A DNA stretch of 32,000 bases from Pseudomonas aeruginosa. GTDB taxonomy: Bacteria; Pseudomonadota; Gammaproteobacteria; Pseudomonadales; Pseudomonadaceae. Below, piece after piece: positions 26,898-32,000 of the stretch (positions within the stretch are counted from its first letter, which is position 1; each line of letters opens with the position of its first letter). The position numbers and the translations under genes were made by a program. The notes beneath the pieces are model-generated. The model saw nothing but the letters and a program-made list of their open reading frames with translations. It was not told the origin of the DNA and did not search any database. Location of the stretch: the NCBI RefSeq assembly GCF_001457615.1, contig NZ_LN831024.1, positions 5,190,001-5,222,000 of the forward strand, given 5' to 3'.

Positions 26898-27437
26898 TCA
26901 AGCCTCCTTGACCAGGCCGAGTTCGTCGAGCACGTCGCGGGTGGCGCTGTAGTAGCGCACGTAGCCGGTGCAACGGCAGATGTGATGGCCGAGGCTGTCC
27001 TCGATCGCCTGCTCCAGCTCGCTGCGCTTGATCGGCTGGCGCTGGGCTTTTTCCACCAGCACGGTGGCGGCGTTGACGAAGCCCGGCGCGCAATAGCTGC
27101 ACTGGAAGGCGAACTGGTCGACGAACTTCTGCTGGATCGGGTTCAGCTCGCGGATGTCGCCATTCTCGTCGCGCTGGGCATGGCCCTCGATGGTGCGAAC
27201 CTTCTTGCCGTCGAAGTAGTGCGCGCCGGTGATGCAGGTGCGCACTTCCTCGCTGGTGCCGTCCGGATTGTCGACGATCACCACGCAGGCATGGCAGATG
27301 CCCTGGCCACAGCCCAGGCGCGAGCCGGTGAGGTTCTGGTATTCGTGCAGGTAGTCGATCATCGGCAGGTCTTCGGCGACCTCCACCGGACCGACGGCTT
27401 GACCGTTGAGGGTCATCTGGAGCTTGCGGTTAGCCAT
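26898..27437 (-). CDS. [2Fe-2S]-binding small subunit of an aldehyde oxidase/xanthine dehydrogenase-family enzyme
   Basis: 179 aa, with AAGGAGG upstream of ATG 27437. Plant-type cluster motif GCGQGICHACVV and second cluster motifs CSYCAPG / CRCTGY. It overlaps the large-subunit stop by 8 nt. Confidence 0.9.
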   Translation of the reverse strand: MANRKLQMTLNGQAVGPVEVAEDLPMIDYLHEYQNLTGSRLGCGQGICHACVVIVDNPDGTSEEVRTCITGAHYFDGKKVRTIEGHAQRDENGDIRELNPIQQKFVDQFAFQCSYCAPGFVNAATVLVEKAQRQPIKRSELEQAIEDSLGHHICRCTGYVRYYSATRDVLDELGLVKEA

Positions 27438-30261
27438 GGAGGGCCTCCTTGATGCGGGCGGGAGTGATGGGCAGGTCGCGGACGCGCTTGCCGGTGGCGT
27501 GCGCCACGGCGTTGGCGATGGCGCCGACCACCGGGATCATCACCACCTCGGCGATGCCTTTGGCCGGATCGGTCGGCGACAGCGGCGGGAGGATCTCCGC
27601 CGTCTGGTTCCAAACCGCCACGTCCTTCGCCCGCGGCAACCGGTAGCGGTTGAAGTTCCAGTCCCCTTCCGCGGGGCCGCCCTCGTAGAGCGGCATTTCC
27701 TCCAGCAGCGCATGGCCGATACCCATGGCGATGCCGCCCTCCAGCTGGCCCTTGACCAGCTCCGGCACCAGCACCCGGCCGCACTCGATCCAGGAATGGT
27801 GGTCGAGCACCTGCACCTCGCCGCTGCCCTTGTTCACCTTCAGCTCGACCAGGGTCGCCACCGGACTGTAGTAGGTGACCATCGCGTTGTTCAGCTGGGT
27901 CGCCGGATAAGCCGGATTCTGCCGGTCGAGCAGGTGGAAGCCGGCGCTGTTCATCATCGCCTTCTTCACTCCCGGCGCGCCGTCGCCGTACTTCACCGCC
28001 ATGGCGTCGAGCGGCAGGCGCTCGCGCACGCCATCGATGACGAAGTCCGCCTCGGCCCAGCTCCAGCGGTTGAAGCCGTGGACGCTGACGCCGGTGACCA
28101 GGCCCATCTCGTGGGCCTTCTTCGCCAGCTCGGCGAAGGGAATCGGCGCCAGGCCGTTGCCGGTCAACTGGCCGTCGACCCATACCGCGTTTTCGCGGCG
28201 CACCACATAGGGATTGGCCTGGCCGCCGAACGGACCGCTGCGCCACAGCTCCAGGGCCGCCGGCCACAGGCCGTGGTTGAACAGCACGCGCGCGGCTTCG
28301 CGGGTGGCGTGGCTGAAATAGAACGCCGAGTTGGTCGCCGACGACGGCGAGGCCAGCTTGCCGACCCAGCGCGGATCGCGTAGCGCGGCGTCCTGCTCGG
28401 CCTGGCTCATCAGGTAGGGATTGCCCTTGGTGGTGAGCCGCAGCTCGGGCCATTCGGTCTCGGCGGTCTTCACCTCGTCCGCCGGACGGCCGAGGAAGTC
28501 GCCGACCACGAAGGCCTGCGAGGTGGACATCCCGGTACCGATCTCGGTGCCGATGTGGCGCAGGCTGATGCGCCCGTCGGCGCTGAACTCGATGCTCGCC
28601 ATCGGCGCCTCGGCGCCGGTGCCGAAGTCCTTCTGGCAAATGGCGAAGCCGACCCCATACCAGTTGTCCGGGTCTTCCGCGTCGAAGCGCTTCTTGCGTG
28701 CGTCGCGGTCCTTCCAGACCTCGTGGGCAGCGGCCTTGTCGAGGATCTCGTGCAGGCGCAGGGCACCGGCCGGGACCGCGCCCTGGGTGTTCTTCATGCC
28801 CGAGCGCAGGGCGTTGCGACGACGCAGGTCGATGGCGTCGACGCCCAGCCGGCCAGCGATCTCGTCGACCATCATCTCGGTCGCGGCCATGGTCTGCAGG
28901 GTACCGTAGCCGCGCATCGAGCCGGCCTCCACGCCGCGCGAATGATAGGCGGTGACCGCCAGGTCGTTCTGCGGCATGTAGTAGATCGACTGCGCGGCGG
29001 TGGCGCCCACCGCCGCCACCGAGGCGCTGTAGTTGGCGCGCCCGCCGCCGTCGGCGCTCATGTCGGCGCGGAAGATGCGGAAGCCGAGGTCGTTCCTGTC
29101 TACCGCCAGTTGGTAGCGGATGTCGAACGGGTGGCGCTTGATGCCGCTCTGGAACTGCTCGTAGCGGTCGTTGGCCAGGCGCACCGGCACACCCTCGCCA
29201 TACAGCGCGGCGAGCGCGGCATAGAAGACGAAGATGTTGTTGTCCTTGGAGCCGTAGCCGACGGTATAGCCCGGATGGATGTTGAACTTCTCCAGGGCGA
29301 AGCGCGACGGCTTGATCATGTGCACGCTTTCGTAGGCGACTTCGAACGGGCACTGGGTGGCGACCACGAAGTGCAAGGTCTTGCTCGCCGCGTCGTACCA
29401 GCCGTTGCCGTTGTCCGGCTCCAGTGCCGCCGGCTCGATCGATGGGGTCTTGTAGCGCTCGTCGAAGACCAGCCAGTCCTGCGGCGGGTTTTCCAGTTGC
29501 TCGGCCATGCGCTTGGCATGGAACAGCCCCTGCTCGGTGAGGTCGCCGTGCAGCTTCGGCTCGCTGGTCCATACCGGTTTGCGGTTGAGGATGGTGGGGA
29601 ACAGCATCGAGTCCTTCAGGCTGGAGAACTCGTCGTCCTCGTAGGGCGTCTTGCCGCCGACCCGGACGAAGCGATAGCTGCCGTAGGGATCGCCCTGGTA
29701 CAGCGGGGCCTGGGCGCCATAGCGGATCGCCTTGTCGTTGAACTTGAGCTTGAGCTTGGCCCGGCGGAAGCGCTCGAAGTCGTTCCAGATCAGGATCGCC
29801 ACCGGATGGCCGATGAACATCGGCACCTTGCCCGGCGGCAGGAGCGGATCGGGCGAATGCGCCTCGGGGAAGACGATGCCGTCCTTCTCCAGGTCGGCGG
29901 CGGTGACGATACGGTCCGGCTGCAACTCGGCGCCCAGCCAGGAAAGGTCGTGGCCTTCGTAGATGCGGTCGGCGCGAACGGTCTTCAGCAACATGGCGTG
30001 GCCTTGCTGCTGCGGCCAGCCGGGCATGTCCCTGGCGCGGATATCGCGGGCGAACACCTTGTTGCCGCAGACCTTGGACAAGGCGTCGTTACGGAAACGG
30101 ACCTGACCGTTGCCCGCCATCCAGCGCTGGGCGGAAACGGTCACCTGGTTCTCGAACAAGGCAGCGAACGCCTGGCTGCCGAGCGGCGCCAGGGTGACAC
30201 CCACGCCGGCGATCAACCCGCCCTGGAGAAAGGCGCGCCGGGATATATCACGGTTGGACAT
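27430..30261 (-). CDS. Molybdopterin-binding large subunit of an aldehyde oxidase/xanthine dehydrogenase-family (IorB/aldehyde-dehydrogenase-like) enzyme, Tat-exported
   Basis: 943 aa from ATG 30261, with AGAGGA 6 nt upstream. Twin-arginine signal MSNRDISRRAFLQGGLIAGVGVTLAPLGSQAFA. Family-typical blocks GSMRGYGTLQTMAATEMMVDEIAGRLGVD and IGTEIGTGMSTSQAFVVGDFLG. The track start at 30291 is a GTG 10 codons upstream. Confidence 0.88.
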   Translation of the reverse strand: MSNRDISRRAFLQGGLIAGVGVTLAPLGSQAFAALFENQVTVSAQRWMAGNGQVRFRNDALSKVCGNKVFARDIRARDMPGWPQQQGHAMLLKTVRADRIYEGHDLSWLGAELQPDRIVTAADLEKDGIVFPEAHSPDPLLPPGKVPMFIGHPVAILIWNDFERFRRAKLKLKFNDKAIRYGAQAPLYQGDPYGSYRFVRVGGKTPYEDDEFSSLKDSMLFPTILNRKPVWTSEPKLHGDLTEQGLFHAKRMAEQLENPPQDWLVFDERYKTPSIEPAALEPDNGNGWYDAASKTLHFVVATQCPFEVAYESVHMIKPSRFALEKFNIHPGYTVGYGSKDNNIFVFYAALAALYGEGVPVRLANDRYEQFQSGIKRHPFDIRYQLAVDRNDLGFRIFRADMSADGGGRANYSASVAAVGATAAQSIYYMPQNDLAVTAYHSRGVEAGSMRGYGTLQTMAATEMMVDEIAGRLGVDAIDLRRRNALRSGMKNTQGAVPAGALRLHEILDKAAAHEVWKDRDARKKRFDAEDPDNWYGVGFAICQKDFGTGAEAPMASIEFSADGRISLRHIGTEIGTGMSTSQAFVVGDFLGRPADEVKTAETEWPELRLTTKGNPYLMSQAEQDAALRDPRWVGKLASPSSATNSAFYFSHATREAARVLFNHGLWPAALELWRSGPFGGQANPYVVRRENAVWVDGQLTGNGLAPIPFAELAKKAHEMGLVTGVSVHGFNRWSWAEADFVIDGVRERLPLDAMAVKYGDGAPGVKKAMMNSAGFHLLDRQNPAYPATQLNNAMVTYYSPVATLVELKVNKGSGEVQVLDHHSWIECGRVLVPELVKGQLEGGIAMGIGHALLEEMPLYEGGPAEGDWNFNRYRLPRAKDVAVWNQTAEILPPLSPTDPAKGIAEVVMIPVVGAIANAVAHATGKRVRDLPITPARIKEALHG

Positions 30262-30571
30262 GCAAGTTCCTCTGGGTGGTACGGTTCCCACCCATGTCGT
30301 TATTCAGGCTTGAACAGCTCGTCCGGACGGACGAGGTGGAGCACGCAGGCGGAAAAACCTGACTCAGGAGTTAATTTTAGCGACAAGTCGCACCCGAGGA
30401 AAAGTCCCGTCTACCGCTGGAAGGACCCATGGACACTCGACTTTGGTCGCCTGCCAGGCCGGCTCCAACCTTTTCGTGCGCTTCTCTGAATCTTCGATTT
30501 CGGCAATGGCAACAGCCAAGAGGTAACCACATGTTACTCTCCGCCCTCCTCTCGAAACGCCCGACCCCAGC

Positions 30572-31783
30572 ATGTCCAGCCAACCCAGCTCCCTGCTCCG
30601 CCATCGTCCCTTCCTCGCCTTCTGGCTGGCCCGCGTCTGCACCGCCAGCGGCTTCCAGATGCTCACCGTGGCCATCGGCTGGCACATCTACGAACTGACC
30701 GGCAATGTCCTCGACCTGGGCCTGGTAGGCCTGGTCGAATTCCTCCCGCGGGTACTGTTCATGCTCCACACCGGGCATGTTGCCGACCGCTACGACCGAC
30801 GCAGAATCGCCGCCCTCTGCCAGGCCGGCCAGGCCCTGGTGGCGGTGGCACTGGTGCTCGGCGCGGCTTCGGGAGAGATCACCCGCAACATGATCTTCGT
30901 CCTCGCCTTCGCCCTCGGTACCGCCCGCGCCTTCGAAATGCCGACCACCCAGGCGCTGCTGCCGAACCTGGTACCGGCCGGGCTGTTCCCGCGCGCGGTG
31001 GCCGCTTCGGCTTCGGCGATGCAGGCGGCGACCATTGCCGCCCCGGCCCTCGGCGGCCTGCTCTATGCGTTCGGTGCCTCCTGGGTCTACGTGCCGACCG
31101 CGACTCTCTACGTCCTCGCGTGCGTCCTGACGCTCAGCCTGCCGGTACGCAACCAGCCGCTCACCCAGGGCAAGGCCACCCTCGACTCGCTGCTCGCCGG
31201 CATCCGTTTCATCCGCAGCCGACCGGACATCTTCGGGGCAATCTCCCTCGACCTGTTCGCCGTGCTCCTCGGCGGCGCCACCGCCCTGCTCCCGGTGTTC
31301 GCCAAGGACATCCTGCTCACCGGGCCCTGGGGCCTCGGCCTGCTGCGCTCGGCTCCAGCGGTGGGCGCCCTGGCGATGTCGTTCTGGCTGGCGCACTTCA
31401 GCATCGAACGCAACGTCGGGCGGATCATGTTCCTCTCCGTGGGCATCTTCGGCCTGGCAACCATCGCCTTCGGCCTGTCGAAATCGTTCTGGCTGTCCCT
31501 CGGCGTGCTGGTGGTACTCGGCGCCGCGGACATGGTCAGCATGGTCATCCGCGGCGCCTTCGTGCAGCTCGAAACCCCCGACGAGATGCGCGGCCGGGTC
31601 AGCGCGGTGAACGGCCTGTTCATCGGCGCCTCGAACCAGCTCGGCGAGTTCGAGTCCGGGCTCACCGCACACTGGTTCGGCACGGTACCGGCAGTGGTCC
31701 TTGGCGGGATCGGCACCCTGGTGGTCACCGGAGCGTGGATGAAGCTGTTCCCTAGCCTGGCGCAACGCGACCGCCTGCACTGA
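30572..31783 (+). CDS. Major facilitator superfamily transporter, substrate unknown
   Basis: 403 aa with about 12 hydrophobic segments. MFS motif-A-like GHVADRYDRRRI lies between the predicted TM2 and TM3. ATG 30572 has no obvious Shine-Dalgarno, so the start is uncertain. Confidence 0.8.
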   Translation: MSSQPSSLLRHRPFLAFWLARVCTASGFQMLTVAIGWHIYELTGNVLDLGLVGLVEFLPRVLFMLHTGHVADRYDRRRIAALCQAGQALVAVALVLGAASGEITRNMIFVLAFALGTARAFEMPTTQALLPNLVPAGLFPRAVAASASAMQAATIAAPALGGLLYAFGASWVYVPTATLYVLACVLTLSLPVRNQPLTQGKATLDSLLAGIRFIRSRPDIFGAISLDLFAVLLGGATALLPVFAKDILLTGPWGLGLLRSAPAVGALAMSFWLAHFSIERNVGRIMFLSVGIFGLATIAFGLSKSFWLSLGVLVVLGAADMVSMVIRGAFVQLETPDEMRGRVSAVNGLFIGASNQLGEFESGLTAHWFGTVPAVVLGGIGTLVVTGAWMKLFPSLAQRDRLH

Positions 31784-31887
31784 GGCCAATGCCGTCGCGC
31801 GCCGCTGCCCCGACAGCGGCGTATCGGCGATAACGCCTGGGGCGTTATCCGTCCTCCCCATGGAACACCGCACCTTCTCGGCAATAA

Positions 31888-31915
31888 GAAAGCCCGGCAT
31901 CGAGCCGGGCTTTTC
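31888..31915. terminator. Rho-independent terminator between the MFS gene and a convergent gene at the window edge
   Basis: AGCCCGGC-atcga-GCCGGGCT followed by TTTTC on the + strand. The minus-strand reading is followed by TTCTTATT. Two further hairpins lie just upstream (GCCGCTG/CAGCGGC at 31801-31820 and GATAACGCC/GGCGTTATC at 31829-31849). Confidence 0.75.
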
Positions 31916-31942
31916 TCGCACCTTGCGGCGTGATCCGCGGTG

Positions 31943-32000
31943 TCAGGCGGGGCGCCGCATCTCCCGATGCAGGCGGTCGACGGTGCGCTCGCTACCGTTG
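31943..32000 (-). CDS. 3' end (last 18 codons) of an unidentified minus-strand gene that continues beyond the window
   Basis: The frame ending at TGA (31943-31945) reads ...NGSERTVDRLHREMRRPA*, with almost every third position G/C. It is too short to name. Confidence 0.45.
   Translation of the reverse strand, partial: NGSERTVDRLHREMRRPA

Noticed and set aside
1-32000. Searched for defence systems, CRISPR repeats, toxin-antitoxin pairs, IS ends, integrases, tRNA/attachment sites and prophage genes
   Set aside because: None found. There are no spaced direct repeats, no tRNA-like cloverleaf regions and no recombinase or nuclease/helicase-type ORFs. Every substantial ORF is accounted for by housekeeping or conserved accessory-metabolism genes.

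Overview
GC-rich bacterial chromosomal DNA with a very strong G/C bias at third codon positions. I recognise the encoded proteins from recall of the sequences; no search was run. They match a conserved core-genome stretch of Pseudomonas aeruginosa, roughly the PAO1 mexD-to-PA4623 neighbourhood. In order, the window holds: mexD-mexC (RND efflux, minus strand), the nfxB repressor, morA (PAS-GGDEF-EAL) and glyA; a cstA / ybdD-like / COG0523 GTPase / unknown-gene operon; a DUF3015-like secreted protein, the PilZ protein mapZ, radA, a CopD-like membrane protein and a YdcH-like protein; katB-ankB, mscL, fprB, an orphan TRAP solute-binding protein and rlmG; a five-gene module for a periplasmic molybdo/iron-sulfur/cytochrome c dehydrogenase with its own XdhC-like and MocA-like maturation genes; and an MFS transporter. 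I call 25 complete CDS, one frameshifted gene (mexD), one 3' gene fragment at the right edge, several hairpin terminators and a few regulatory candidates. I saw no rRNA, tRNA, CRISPR array, IS element, integrase, phage or defence-island content. I do not see a convincing brand-new system; this looks like ordinary core chromosome. The items most worth a second look are: (1) a 1-nt deletion that breaks mexD; (2) an (AAN)4 Hfq/Crc-type motif formed by the first codons of cstA; (3) the cstA-ybdD-COG0523 linkage, extended by a 126-aa gene I cannot place; (4) the self-contained but uncharacterised Mo-enzyme module; (5) an unusually long, AT-rich katB/mscL intergenic region. Many long ORFs in the six-frame track are antisense artefacts of high GC. 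Several track ORFs start at upstream TTG/GTG codons, so I trimmed those starts to ATG codons with Shine-Dalgarno support.
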